A stretch of 62,853 nucleotides of DNA, the filler included, from Dicyema japonicum (taxonomy: Eukaryota; Animalia; Dicyemida): assembly GCA_011109175.1 (NCBI GenBank). It is 6 parts of 6 records of this genome, joined end to end, with 100 filler letters (N's around TTAATTAATTAA, not from the genome) between each part and the next. Parts side by side here need not be neighbours in the genome. Positions count along the whole stretch, not along the records: positions 1 to 23,899 come from RDEW01000044.1; positions 24,000 to 30,788 come from RDEW01000231.1; 4 more parts are not named here. One strand, 5' to 3'. Both the position numbers and the translations under genes were made by a program. Below the pieces are notes generated by a model that ran no database searches, was not told the origin of the DNA, and worked only from the letters and a program-made list of their open reading frames with translations. Positions 12,616-25,479 of this stretch are shown here, in pieces. The stretch's first letter is position 1, and the number at the start of each line of letters is the position of its first letter.

Positions 12616-13119
12616 TTTTTGGTTGTGCTGGTGACGTTGCTCTAATAAAGTATTAACATCACTGAAAAGTACGAACCTTATCTTTTGGAGAAATTCTCGC
12701 TGCTCTCATTCAATGTCCGAGACCTAACCACTTCTTGGAAAAGGACCTCCCTCTGTCAAGACCTACATAATTACGATGTCGCAATTGGTTGCCTACAGGA
12801 AACCAAAATCCAAGATAACCATGAAGAAACATGTGGTAAATTCAAATTGATCTTTCTTCCGACTGTCAACAGGCACTATGGACTGGGTTTTGCCATCAAA
12901 CTGGAATTTCTCCCCCATATCTACAGAGTATGTGCAGTTAATGACCGCATCGGAGTTCAACAAATGAAGTTTATGAATGCCAAAGCAAGCACTGACATTG
13001 TCTCCATTATCAATGTATACGCACCTCATAGTTGGTGGATTAACAAAGATCCGGCTCTATTTGATGACTTCTACTCAGATTTATCAGATTTATATTTAAA
13101 ATTGGCTGACTCCGCTTAA
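12616..13119 (+). mobile_element. 5' fragment of an RTE-like LINE (APE endonuclease)
   Basis: SFNVR...LCQDL...CLQETK...YGLGFA...IINVYAP APE motifs; carries the 5' leader motif shared with the 19501-19529 and 51442-51469 copies. Confidence 0.85.
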
Positions 13120-14271
13120 GTAAAAAAGTTATGATAACTAATCTTAGAATGGGAGAAGAAAGGAATGCTCTTCACTTCTTTTTTCTATTTTTTGTGTTTT
13201 ACTTTAAATGAAGCATACATTTATTTGAAAAATTGGATTTTAAAGAAACCGTATGTGGAATATAAAATTATATTAACAAAAGAAAGAATTCAAATAACAA
13301 AAAGGTGAATTCTAATTAGTAATCATTAATAGATTACTCTAATAAGTCATTGGGAAAAATATTAATGAGTACGGCTTTAGCGTTAACAGTCAAAATACTA
13401 CAAATAATTTGGAATCTGAAAAATATAAGTTAGAAGAACTACATTAAATACTAAAAAAAGGAACCAAATAGTATAAACCCATTATTTTCAATTTTTGAAC
13501 CATAAAATAAATAGATTATTGATACCTAATAATTTTTGATACAAATAGAATGTAAACTAATATAACCAAATAATCCTGACATGATGCATATACCATTACA
13601 ATTTTAAATGCAAAATCCTGGAGGAGAAACTTAGTCAAGAGATAAATAGTGAAAATCCTAAATTATATTTAAAAAATACAATAAGTTACACCAAAGTGAG
13701 TACAACGAAAAATACAAATCATAAATTAAATTCACAAAATACAATTTTTTATGTTGGACAGATGGGTTTATGAGAAAAAGACCTAGCTGAATAAGGAAGA
13801 TTCAATGACGCCAATAGATGGAAAAAAAGTTTTTTTTAAACTAATTAGCAATAACAGAACATGGTGCAGCGTGTCAAATTATTGCTACTACCGATTGTTT
13901 TTGCTTTTACTAATTTACGACCGATTGTTTCGTAATCATCTTTTATTCAAATAGGTAGTGTATTTCTGGGTCTGCCTCATTACCGTTACTTCCGGCGCAG
14001 TAGAAATATTCTTCCATTATCCTGTTACACGGCGTAGTCGCGTCCAGACAAAAAAATGTCGAATTAGTTGTTATCTCGATAGAATGAAGTCCATGCTAAT
14101 TGGAGTAGATTTACATGGAGCAGATTGTTACTCGTTTGAGATTTTTCTCGAAGAGAAGGTTTTAGTTAGTATACGTAGTTGGCTTCTGTGGAAAGTATAT
14201 AGCCTCTCTAAATCGTTTTTGAGGTTCCCCGTGTTCCAGAATTGTATATTAGTATTGGCTCGATAAACGTG

Positions 14272-14520
14272 TTTTTTTGGTGAGGTGGTGAAGATTTTCT
14301 GTGAAGACCTGGAGAGATACGACGCATCTATTGGGTGCCTACAAGAGACGAAAGTTACTTGTAGCCTTAATGATAACTATGGCGAATATCGAATTATATG
14401 TCAGTTGAGCGACTTAATACATTAAGAATTTGTCATCCAATCAAAGTTGACAAGTGTATTCCACCGTATATAGAGTGTGAATGAAAGGATCTGTGTTATA
14501 CAAATCCGTCTAAACGACAT
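14272..14520 (+). mobile_element. Degenerate RTE APE endonuclease fragment
   Basis: FCEDLERYDASIGCLQETKV...VNERICVIQ; preceded by a decayed copy of the leader motif. Confidence 0.6.
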
Positions 14521-17109
14521 ACCTTTTTCAAAGTGCTTTCTGAGAATTTTTTTATTTTAAATTAATCTTTATTATTTAAAACAAGCAGTTAAAAATTACT
14601 AGAAGTTCCTTTCAGTTGAGGCAGTCCGCTCTTTGAATTGAAAACCCATTTTTATGACGATTTGTAAAGAGATGCGTTCAAAATCCAATTTCTTCTCTCT
14701 AAAATCTTTCTTTCTTGCGGTTCAACGGCTTATAATATAAACATCTGCATATAATATAAACAAGGTATTCTTCAATGTGCTTGCTCCATAACGGCAAAGT
14801 TTACAGGCTGATCTGGCGATTTACAGGATTAAAAAAAGATCCTAGTTGGCTCTTCACACGTCGGCTTCTCCATTACATTGGGATCGCATAGGGGTAATCC
14901 CATTGCATCCTAATGCTAGTAAGCCATGATTGCCCTTATTATATATTACTATAATTGATATTTATCTCTTCAATATTAACGTCTGTTTTTTCAAGTTAAA
15001 TATTTGAAAAATATCAGTTTTGTATATCGCATATATGCATTCAAATAAATAGTGTCCTCGTCGAAATTAATAGCGAGAATGGTTGTGTTTATTATAATTA
15101 AAGGAATTCAGACTCAAAAAAATTTAAAAGCCTGAATTAACAATAAATAAAATTATTTTAAAAAACAAGTGTTTAACGAAAAAACTAATTCATTTATCGT
15201 GACGCTTTCCGGCAGATCTTTCACCAATGAACAGTGATCCAGAGGACTTTCTCAGGAATGCTGAGGTCGATTACAGAACTCGTCAACATTAAGTGAAATT
15301 TTCTATCAGTTCAATGAAGACAATTTCACTCCTATTAAATGCCAGCCCGGTATTGGGCGTCTCCTGAATAAAGAGGATGCAATGACAAATCGAAGGGAAG
15401 GAAAATCTTCAAACAATTAGATTAATGTCGCCACAAGGGTAAATAATAATGAATTAATTATGAATGTTTGTGTTGGACATATTTATGTAGCCAGCCTGGA
15501 TACGATTGTGTCCAAGTTTTATTGTTCATCATATTTGTTATAGAAAAAGTATGACACAATATAATCACAACATATTTTGGCAAACAGTCTTGCAGTGTGT
15601 CCTTTTCTCTTTGATAATGTCCCACAGCATCAATGATGGAGGCACCATTAGCTTCTAGACAACTTATAATTATTTTTGTATGGGTGGTATTACTAGGAAT
15701 TCTTTCTGGGGTATTCTGAGAAAAGAGGGTTAGATCCCTTTCCTATTAATCATTATTGCTAATAAGCATAGATGAGCCTCATAAATATTAAATTAATGAG
15801 TTATAAATATCCAATGCCAAGGTTCTCTGTCTATAAAAATCTCAACTCCAGAAATTGGGCATGGATTCATCCAAACCACAATCCTACATGCATGGCGATC
15901 AAAAACAAGCCAGACGATGACGGTTCAAATTATTCATGAGCTCCACAGATTGTGAAGTAATCGATTTTTCTTTTTAACCTCTTGTCTGTGGCAGAACAAT
16001 TACCTAACCTCTCCAATGCAATTCAGATTTCTGACAAAGATGTTTCTAAAATCTCCAAGCGTTGAGTAACTCTCTGACGATCGGAAACACATGAAGCACA
16101 TAAAAAAGAATACTAATGATGCAACATCTGCCGTAAATCAATTTTATAGAAAATGAGATTATTCGATTTTTAACATTTTTTTTCACACATGAATTCAGAG
16201 ATATTTGATGGATGCAAAAATCTATGGATTACAATAATATTTGTGGATTTTCCAAAATTAAACTCATCTCCAAATTACCATTGGTGAGGAAGTTGAGTTC
16301 CAAAAAGTATGATTAATAATCTATTCTCCCACTTCAATGAATACCGTGTTTACATCCCTTATACAATCGTCTCGATTACATAGTTAGCTCAAATAATCTC
16401 AAATCTGATATATTTAGAAAAATCCAAAAAAGATACAAAGAAATTATGGACTTTAACTAAAATGGTGAATTTATCTAAAATGGTGAAATTGGGGGATTAC
16501 TAGTGTCTACAAAATGATTCTGCAGATGTTATGTAAATCAACAAATCTTTTGGAAAGCGTTTCAGTTCAACTGGACTATTTTTTACCTACGCTGAAATGA
16601 ATTGGGTACATGTTAGGTTCTGCATCACCACCTCTGATTAAAGAAATCTGGTAACGGTAGCTTATCGCTCATCCTAATGGCTAATTGATTGGTAAGGGAA
16701 ATAAGTTGGGTCTGTTGTCTAAAAATGTAGGCAATTTTCTCAACGAACAGGTGACATTCATACAACTTAGCTTAATTTAATTTTATAAAAATAATAATTA
16801 TTATTTTAATAATATTTAAATAATAATTATAATAATAAACTTTTGCTGGTAGAGTATTCGAAAAGAATTTGTAATTTGTTAAAAGCTTTGATCATCTAAT
16901 TAGTTGTTTTTACATTTCTTTCTGTGTTCTTGGGGATTATAAATAACAATCATTGCCTTTTGTTCCTCTCGCATAATCACGAGATTTTATAAGGGCGTAC
17001 AAAATTGTGGAATATATTCAATCCAAACATTTACTAATAATTCATATAGAAATAATAGCTACTAACTGAGTTATCATTGGTCATTGAGAATTGTCTGTGA
17101 TAATTCTGC

Positions 17110-19529
17110 AACAGTCGGAGTTGTTTACAATTGAAAGCATCTAGTTTATCCATTACCGCTTCTGAGACACCTTAGGTTGCAGCGCTGTATATTAGGACTG
17201 GTTTCACGAAGGCATTGTATACACGTAATTGTGTGCTAATTTGTTTAAGATGATTCCACACTACTCCCATTTTTCTAAAGGTCGCGACGGCAAAAATCTT
17301 CCTGTTAGTGATATCCTCAGCGTCTCCGAGCAACGACCCTAATTTTTTACAATAACTCCATTTTTCATCAGTTCGGGGTAATTGGTAGTTGTCTCCGTCT
17401 TTTCCGTATTGATTTTGATGAACCATTTTTCTAGGACATCTGGCATCCTTGTCCGTATATAGTTTAATGTTTTCTCGTCGCTGGATATATAGTCGATATC
17501 ATCTGCATAAATCACTTCAGTTTGAGGTAAATCGCCAATTAATAGTCTGATGTCTCTGAGTGCCGCCTCCAGAAAGTACCGATGACAAGGAATCTCCCTG
17601 CGGTACCCTGAACGTTGTCTCGAATTGGACAGACTCCAAATTTCCAAAACGTACACTTAGCTGCGCTTTTCCAAGTAATAGACGGATCATTCTGACACTA
17701 GTTTCGACAACCAACTTCTCCAAGATATCCAAAAGTCTCCTCTGTGTATAGAGTCCAAGGCTTTGGACATGTCCATGCCAAGGATGCCAGAGCCCCCTTG
17801 TACTTTTGATGTGTTGCACAAAGCCATCAATGTCCCAAGACCACATCAGCTGTAGATCTCCCTGTCCTGAATCCGCTTTGACCGTGAAAGAGAATGTTCT
17901 CAATGTCAGGTCCAATCGTGTTCAGCACTATAAGTGATAGTGTCTTGCGTAGTGTCGTTAATAGTACGATGGATATTAAATTCGTTAAGGGGCCTTTAGC
18001 TTTGCCCGGTTTTGTAGTGCAATTACTGTGCCATTACCCACATCCAGTAGCTAGTTGTATTTGAATGTTTTGTTGTATATCTGAGTTAATAGTTCAGAGA
18101 TCTCGGTCGGCGCATATTTGAGAAGTTCTGCATTTATGTTGTCAGGGCCAGCAGCTCTATTGTTGTTCAGTTTGTCCAGTGGTGAGTTGTATTTGAATGT
18201 TTTGTTGTATATCTGAGTTAATAGTTCAGAGATCTCGGTCGGCGCATATTTGAGAAGTTCTGCATTTATGTTGTCAGGGCCAGCAGCTCTATTGTTGTTC
18301 AGTTTGTCCAGGGCTTTTTTTGTTTCCAAAATAGTTATCGGGATATGTAGTTCTCGTGCTTAATCATCGAATTGTTTGATGTTTTCCCCGTGGATTGATT
18401 AAAGGCCTGCTGATAATGACTGGAAATGGCCGATAAAATTTCTTTTTTGTTTAACATAGACTTTCCAAACTGATAATGTTTTGTGATTTTTAATGAATGC
18501 GAGTCTCCATGTAATAGGTGAACAGCCTTGAACATCTGCGCTCCGTTTGTGAGTTTTTCTACTTCTTTACCCATTCCAAAAAGTTTATTTTCCTTTATTT
18601 CCCTCGTTTCTTTCTTTATTTTATACAGGGTTTCGCATGACTCTTAGAGAGTGTTCCTTTGCCTGCTCCTGACAGGTTTCGACCTGTAAACGTAGGTTCC
18701 TTTTGCAATTTGGATAGTTCTTCAAGCTCGTGGTCATAGTGTCCGTTGAATTGCTTCGATTTTACTACAACTGTTGAGTGGGTCGTGCACTTTATTGCAT
18801 CGATGATGTCTCGCCACAGCTCCCAAGGCATTTTTTTTATTCCACTGTCTGATCTTTTCTCTCAATGTATTTTGATAGCTATCCCGAGTCGGTCCCACCA
18901 TGCAGAGTTGCTCTACTGCGAACCTCCTCTCAGATATCCTCATGCCAGCCGCTTGGAAACCCCTAAATATCGTTTGAAACGTGCCACAACCAATCTGTGA
19001 TCACTGTCTACTAGTGTCCTACTGTAGCTTCGAGAATCTGTTAGCAGTGCCTTGTATGCAGATAATGTAATCTATTTGGTTATATATAGGCTTGATAATC
19101 CCAGATTTGTCCTTTTGGTAGCAGCTCCATGTCGTCTTATGTCTTCTGAGTTCCTGAAACCAGTATTGCATAGAAATTGTTTGAATCTATTGCAAAATTC
19201 GATTAGCGATTCTCCTAAATGGTTCCTGATCCCCCTTCCATGGCTTCCCTTCTTTTTGAACTGCAAATCCCATGCCATAGTGTGGGTAATTCGAAAGGTG
19301 CAGAATTAAGTGGAAATCATTGTTGATTTCATCTAGTCCGTCTTTTACTTTCGTTTCCTGTAAGCACGCCACAGTTACCTTATACGATCCAAGATCCACG
19401 CATAAATTTCTTCTTTTAGTATCCGACTTTGATCCTCTTACATTGAACGAGCTAATAGTAAAAGATCCCGAAGAAAAGCACGAAAAAGACATGTGTGCAA
19501 TAGAGTCACGTCACCAGCTCAACCAAAAA
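17110..19529 (-). mobile_element. Decayed copy of RTE family 1 (APE plus RT), 3'-truncated, with a ~126-nt internal duplication
   Basis: High nucleotide identity to 48425-51470 (e.g. VPQGDSLS, YADDID, AAGPDNINAELLK), with many frameshifts and deletions. Confidence 0.9.
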
Positions 19530-20649
19530 TTTCTTCATTAAAAACTTCAAAAATAACGGATAAAACAAGAAACTTTGTCACACAAAGTTTAAATTTAAAT
19601 TATTTTTAAATTAAGTTATTTTAGCTAAATTTTGTTTATTAAAATTTAAAGTAAGTCTATTCTTAAGTCATGTAACCATGCGTCATGTGGTTCGCCTTGT
19701 CAGGTGGTGTCAGATACAAGCCAAAAGTCTATCCAAAAAGAACCATTTGTAATCTACCATCCAGAAGAGTTCCCCATTTTTGGTTCAATAAAATTAAATT
19801 CATTAAAATTTTGTTAATCGGAACGAAAAACCAAATAAACTAGAATCTACTGTCCACGACATTCACGATAATTTAGTCTAGCGATTGCAGACATTCCGGA
19901 TGCAACCTCTGAAGGTATCATCAGTAAGGTCGAGGATCTGATCCTACAAATTAAAAAACTGTGATCGCTTGCAAAAGTAAATTTAAATGAAATGTTGGCC
20001 GTGGAAATGGATAACCCAGGGCGCCTAAACACCATCTAAAAAGAAGTTTAAAGATAGTGCTATTGAATTACCAATCCCTAGGGAAAAGGCATGATTAACT
20101 GGAACTTCGACGTTCTAGTGTTTAATGAGACAAAAATGAAAGGATATTACTCTGTGGATATACTATGGGAGGATGATGTGTAGCTGGTACTGGAACATCC
20201 GTCTTCTAAGGCAACGATTTACATGTACGTAACCCCAACATCATCGCGAGTTCATATATACTGAAGTTCGCTGTTGTGGATTTTGAAATACTATAAGGAA
20301 TTTAAATTTAAAAAAAATAAGCAATTTTTCCACGGAGATTGCTAAGTTCTTTGAGAGGAGGTCGATGTCGGACCTGGCGAGAGATCTAACGCGAAGAACG
20401 TAAGCTACGGATGCTATAAAACAAACCGAATGGACGGCGGTCGATATGACCGGCAGAGAGATATCTGGTTTCAAGCTAACTTATTTATAATTGTTGGAAG
20501 GAGGATATTTTTTAAAGGAAATATTAAAAAGAAGAGCCATGAATGACTAGGGCAAGTTATTTCTAGCACTTAAAAGTTTTTATTACTGCTAAAAATTAAT
20601 AATCTTGCACTTATAAGAAAAATAGCAGTTAACGATAAAACTAGCATTT

Positions 20650-21010
20650 AAAAATATAAAATTTAAAGATCGGGAAACCACCAGATGAGATAACCATCTT
20701 CCCTTTTAAAGCCGAAATACCTCGTGCTTAGGACGTCACCTACACTGACACATTGTCCCTTTGCAATTTACTACATAGTGCCTTTAGAGCATGTTTTACT
20801 GCTGAGGAGGCCAAGATGTTGAAACGAGTAAAGTACGCTGGCCTACCCAATAATTTTTTATTTTTTCCACTCTCGGTTGAGACGTCTGATTCTCTTTTGC
20901 CTGCGCTACACGGTCACGAGACCCCCTGAGCGCTGCTGGGTTTTTGAGCGATTATCGTTCGCCATCATGAGAGTGAGTAGCCATTCAGTCAGGGGCGGTC
21001 GCTCTATGAC
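20650..21010 (+). mobile_element. CRE-like element 3' end (REL domain), decayed
   Basis: GKPPDEITIFPFKAE..*DVTYTDTLS...KY...VETS...ERLSFAIMR matches the CRE REL C-terminus. Confidence 0.7.
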
Positions 21011-21104
21011 CATTTGCTCACTTTTCAGTAATAAATCGTTGAAAAGAAAAAATCGATTATTATTTCTGGTTGTCCCTCAAAAAGATATGTTAAAAAATAT
21101 TAAT

Positions 21105-22650
21105 TCAAGTCCAAGACTGGAGTCCAACAAGGAGACCCACTTGGCCCTCTACTCTTTGCTTTGGGAATCGACTGTGTATCATCTGCGATCAAAACTCCCT
21201 TGAACTTATGGTACCTTGATGACGCACCATTGGGGGGAGTTGGGAAATTGTTGTGAAAGAGGTTAAACGCGTCATCCCTGCCCTTGCGGCACTCGGACTG
21301 GAGCCGAATCCATCGAAGTGCGAAGTTATTAACGTGACCTGTGGAGAGGACACCTTTGAACGCGCAATAACGACCATTTCTATTTGCCTCCAGGACATCA
21401 AAGTCACCCGACTAGAAAAGGCGATCTTCCTCGGATCTCCTCTGTATGACATGTCAACTATCTTGGAGGAGAAGAGTGAATCCGTACAGCTGCTCACGCA
21501 CAATCTAAAAGCTTTGGACTCCCACATTTCTCTCTTCATCCTCAAGAATTTTCATTTTACACCACGACTCCTTTTTTTTCTACGGACATCCCCATGTTTT
21601 ACAGACATGGATTTCTTGAGAGTTATCGATGAGAAGCTGAGGACCTCTGTTGAAGAAACAATTAACATCTCTCTGGATAAAGCAGGGTGGACCCAATGCA
21701 AGTTACCACTTCGTTATGGAGGAATTGGGATACGCTCGCCACTTGAATTCGCCCTCCCAGCCTTTCTGTCGTCGACATATGCTACTCGTGGTCTAGTTCA
21801 CCAGATCCTACGCTACATTAACGGATCGGACAGTGAATGCATGGCTGGCATGCATGGCTCACGATGTTTGGATTGGACTTAATTTGGAACTCCCGAAGAA
21901 CTTCAACAAATAACGAGACTGGAACGAACTTGTATGTTCGAGGACCATCGATGAGCTGGATTGTCTAGCTACCGCATCAACAAACGTTAGCGGTGCATGG
22001 CTCAAAGCATTCCCGTGCATTTCACTCGGAACTTTTCTGGACGATGACTCAACGAGGATAGGGGTTTGCGTCCGCCTCGGAATCGATGTTTGCGCAATTC
22101 ATCGCTGTAGATGTGGAGGAATAGTCGACGATAAAGGACTCCACGCACTTTCCTGCCGAAGGAGCGCTGGAAGGAGCCTGAGACATAGTTCAATCAACAA
22201 GGTTATTGCGTGGGACTAGAAGCTGCCGGATTCCCTGTCCAGATGGAGCCCCTAGGACTTGCCACGGCAAACAGAAGGCCGGATGGAGCGACTCTGTTCC
22301 CGTGGGATGCTGGGAAGTACCTGGCTTGGGATGCCACCTGCGTAGATAGCTTCTCCCCTTCCAATATTACAATGAGTGCGACAAATCCAGGCTCAGCTGC
22401 AGAGAAAGCAGAAATACTTAAAGCAAAGAAGTACACATGCCTCGGCGAGCAGTACACATTTGAACCAGTCGCAGTCGAAACTTCGGGAGTCATAGGAAGC
22501 AGGTCGTTAGCCCTGCTCAACAAAATTGGATCGTTAGTCGCTAAAAGGAAGAGGGATGTCAGAGAGAAGGGCTGGCTCATTGAGCGCATCTCCTTACAGA
22601 TCGTAAGGGGAAATGCGCTCTCAATCCTGAGAGCAGCCAGTAGCCTTTAA
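21105..22650 (+). mobile_element. 5'-truncated CRE-like non-LTR retrotransposon (RT, CCHC, REL) with frameshifts
   Basis: GVQQGDPLGPLLF, WYLDD, LPLRYGGIGIR, CRCGG...HALSC, RPDGATLFPWDAGKYLAWDATCVD and ERISLQIVRGNA motifs. Confidence 0.9.
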
Positions 22651-22939
22651 CTATTTGGTTTTATTCTTAAATAAATTGTTATTGATTTAAAAAAATATTA
22701 ATTATTTTTTACCACTTAAAATAACATTTATTATTTTATAGAACTTAAAAATAAAAAGAAACAAATTGAGACTGTTATGGGATTGATAGAAAGGCTTTCA
22801 TAAATTAAATTTAATTAAAATAATAAAATATGGAAGATAGTATTGGCCCAGAGATAAAGATACGAATCTTCAAAAGTGGACCACAAAAACCTATCATTTA
22901 GGAAGAGCTATAAAAATCTTCCTATGACGGATTTTTTAT

Positions 22940-23510
22940 TCTAAAATATTTATTACAGCTTATAAACAAAATGAGAATGAACATCGTATTAATAGATTTT
23001 CTGTTTGTGTTGGTAATAAAAAAGATAAATGTGTTTCGCAAATAAAGCGATTTAAACAAATTAATATAAGAAGATATAATCACTGTGGATCCATCTCACA
23101 AAACTATACAAATGTGTCTATCAAAATTTTATCTTTAAAATTACAATTTTTCCGTGATGATTTGATTTTTTATTTTATTAGAGATGGTAAATAAATCCGA
23201 CTAAATTTTAGATGAAGGATGCTTTGAAACTCAATCATCTACTGAAATTAAACAAATAAAAAACAAGATTAAACATCATTATGTTGCAGATGGTTAGTAT
23301 ACTCGACTGAAATTTAGATAAAATAAGTTTTGAAAAACTAATTTCGTTTGAAACTAAAGCCGTAAAAAATTGACGAAAAATCAAATAATTGGAATCGTGT
23401 GTGGAGTTGTTGGACTATTATTCATATCTCTCACTGTCGCTATTTTTATCAAACTGAAATCACATACTGAAATACAGGAAAGCATTCCATTAATCTTTGT
23501 AACTAACTAA
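22940..23510 (+). pseudogene. 5'-truncated paralog of the LAMP-like gene (second luminal domain, TM, tail) with one frameshift
   Basis: Aligns to 5043-5600 (SKIFIT...CGSISQNYTNVSIKILSLKLQFFRDD...DEGCFE...IIGIVCGVVG). Conserved 25-nt introns at 23187-23211 and 23293-23317. A6 instead of A7 near 23364-23369 shifts the frame. Homology continues ~150 nt past the stop. Confidence 0.8.
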
Positions 23511-23709
23511 TTTTAATTCGTAAACACTCTTCACTTTATTTGAATTTATTAAATTATTTGAACAACAGTCGATATTCGAAAAACTTACAAAATTTTGAAA
23601 TTTGACAATTGTAAAAAAGTATACTAGATGATTTATGACTAAATTCGGCATCGGAAACCCCCTTGTTCGACATAAAAGATCCTTGTCTAACAAGGGACGA
23701 TCAATTCGT

Positions 23710-23899
23710 CAAATCTGATAAATAATGAACAATGTACCGAAGCATAATTATTCTAATATCAATATTCCGGATATACTAGCATGACAACAATTTTCCAATT
23801 TATAATATAGGCATCTATACAGTCCACTTCGCTCAAATTAAATTAATAATGAGCGAAGTTGACCAAGATTGCTTGTACTATTATGAATAGTTATTTTTT
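23710..23899. repeat. Second copy of the window-start hairpin block
   Basis: Aligns with 1-190; the right arm of the hairpin carries substitutions (tgagcgaagttgacc). Confidence 0.85.
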
Positions 23900-23999
23900 N
23901 NNNNNNNNNNNNNNNNNNNNNNNNNNNNNNNNNNNNNNNNNNNTTAATTAATTAANNNNNNNNNNNNNNNNNNNNNNNNNNNNNNNNNNNNNNNNNNNN
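23900..23999. other. Artificial 100-nt scaffold linker (N44-TTAATTAATTAA-N44); also at 30789-30888, 46908-47007, 56429-56528 and 60011-60110
   Basis: Five identical 100-nt gaps, each with a central six-frame-stop 12-mer. Confidence 0.95.
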
Positions 24000-24329
24000 C
24001 AGGTTTTTTTCGGTTTACTGAAATATAAAGAGGTACATCCGACTTTTTGAGGTTATTTAAATCCTTTTGGCTGTGATCCACATCAGATAATCTTCCATCC
24101 TCTCTTGAGACGTCTCGAGTAATTTTCCAAACTTCAGCAGTGGATCTATTTCCTTTCAAAAAAGATGATGAGTGTGTTATATATGTAATCATGATTTTTG
24201 GTGATCTAAGGTTACCTTTATGTCATCAGAAAGCATCATTTTCACCAAATGAGAGAGACAACCAGGAATTAGATTGGAAAGGGTAAATGGTGCTTTTTAT
24301 GTGAAATTGATTCCACAGTTGACACCACC

Positions 24330-24780
24330 AGAAAAGTGAACCATATGTCTAATAATTCCAAAATCCTTATATGTGTAGCAAAAGAAACAATCTCTTCCAA
24401 TCGACTCGATTGTTAGCATGGGCTTTCAATGAGTCAAGGTAGTCAGCAGGGTTCAAATCTTTTTCAAGTTACCAAGGAAGTTGCCTTTTGGCAGACATAG
24501 TAACTTTCCATTGCTCCTTTTTGTAGCGATTTCAACTCCATCTTTAGGATTTTCTAAGGTGATTCTTATGAAAAGAGTCCAGTCTCCCCACTTGTACTTT
24601 TGTGATAGCCAGACAAACGATTTGTATAAGAGTATCCTCAGTTTAATGATTTTGGTTTAAGCCATAAATTCTTTAGTTTATGCATAGTCGCATTTGTCAC
24701 AGTTTGTATGTCCTTACTTTTCCTAGAAGGGAAAAGTTTTTTACATATCTCCACTTGCCTTAAAGAGTGCTATTCTTCTG
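24330..24780 (-). mobile_element. Degenerate RTE 3' remnant
   Basis: NATMHKLKNLWLK...LYKSFV...LKAHANNRVDWKRL resembles the RTE RT C-terminus of the other copies. Confidence 0.5.
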
Positions 24781-25479
24781 AAACCTTTTTGGTCACATTG
24801 AATAAAACATAAAAACCTTAAATATCATATTTCATTCCAGGAACATAACGAATAATCCATGGAACATAAGAGATGTTACCAACTTTTTTGGATTGTTTAT
24901 TGGAAGGAATGGGGATTTTATGGAAGATATTAAAATGAGATGAAAGAAAGCCTTTCAAAATCTCTGGAATCGAAGGTTACGTGTAAGGAGAGATACCTTC
25001 CTCTATTTCTCTAGGAGTAATAATTCTTACTTTATGGATGGGTGGTTCTTTTTGTCTAAGAAATACAAGATTATATTCCTCCTCGAGAATACAATAAAGA
25101 ATCAGTAAGCAAAAATATAAGTGAGGATCTGGACGAGGAACAGCTTCTTATATTGATTAGCAGGGTGGTAGAATATCTGATTGGTGGTTTCAAGAGAAAA
25201 TCAATAGAAGCGATTATTTTAAGTGAGTTTGGAAAGAAAAAAGGATGTTCTATGTGCAATTATTTAGTTTTTATAAGAGATTGTTTTTCAAATGTGCAAT
25301 TATTTGTGCAAAAAGGATAGGTTCAGTAGATAATATAAATATTGACTCTAAATCCTGAGACATTATGACAAAAATTAGTAGAATGAACTTTAAGGCATCA
25401 ATTTGTATGATCGATAGGCTGCGAACAAACTGTAATCCTAATTCCTTAATAATAAGTATTCATGATTATTTAATACTAT

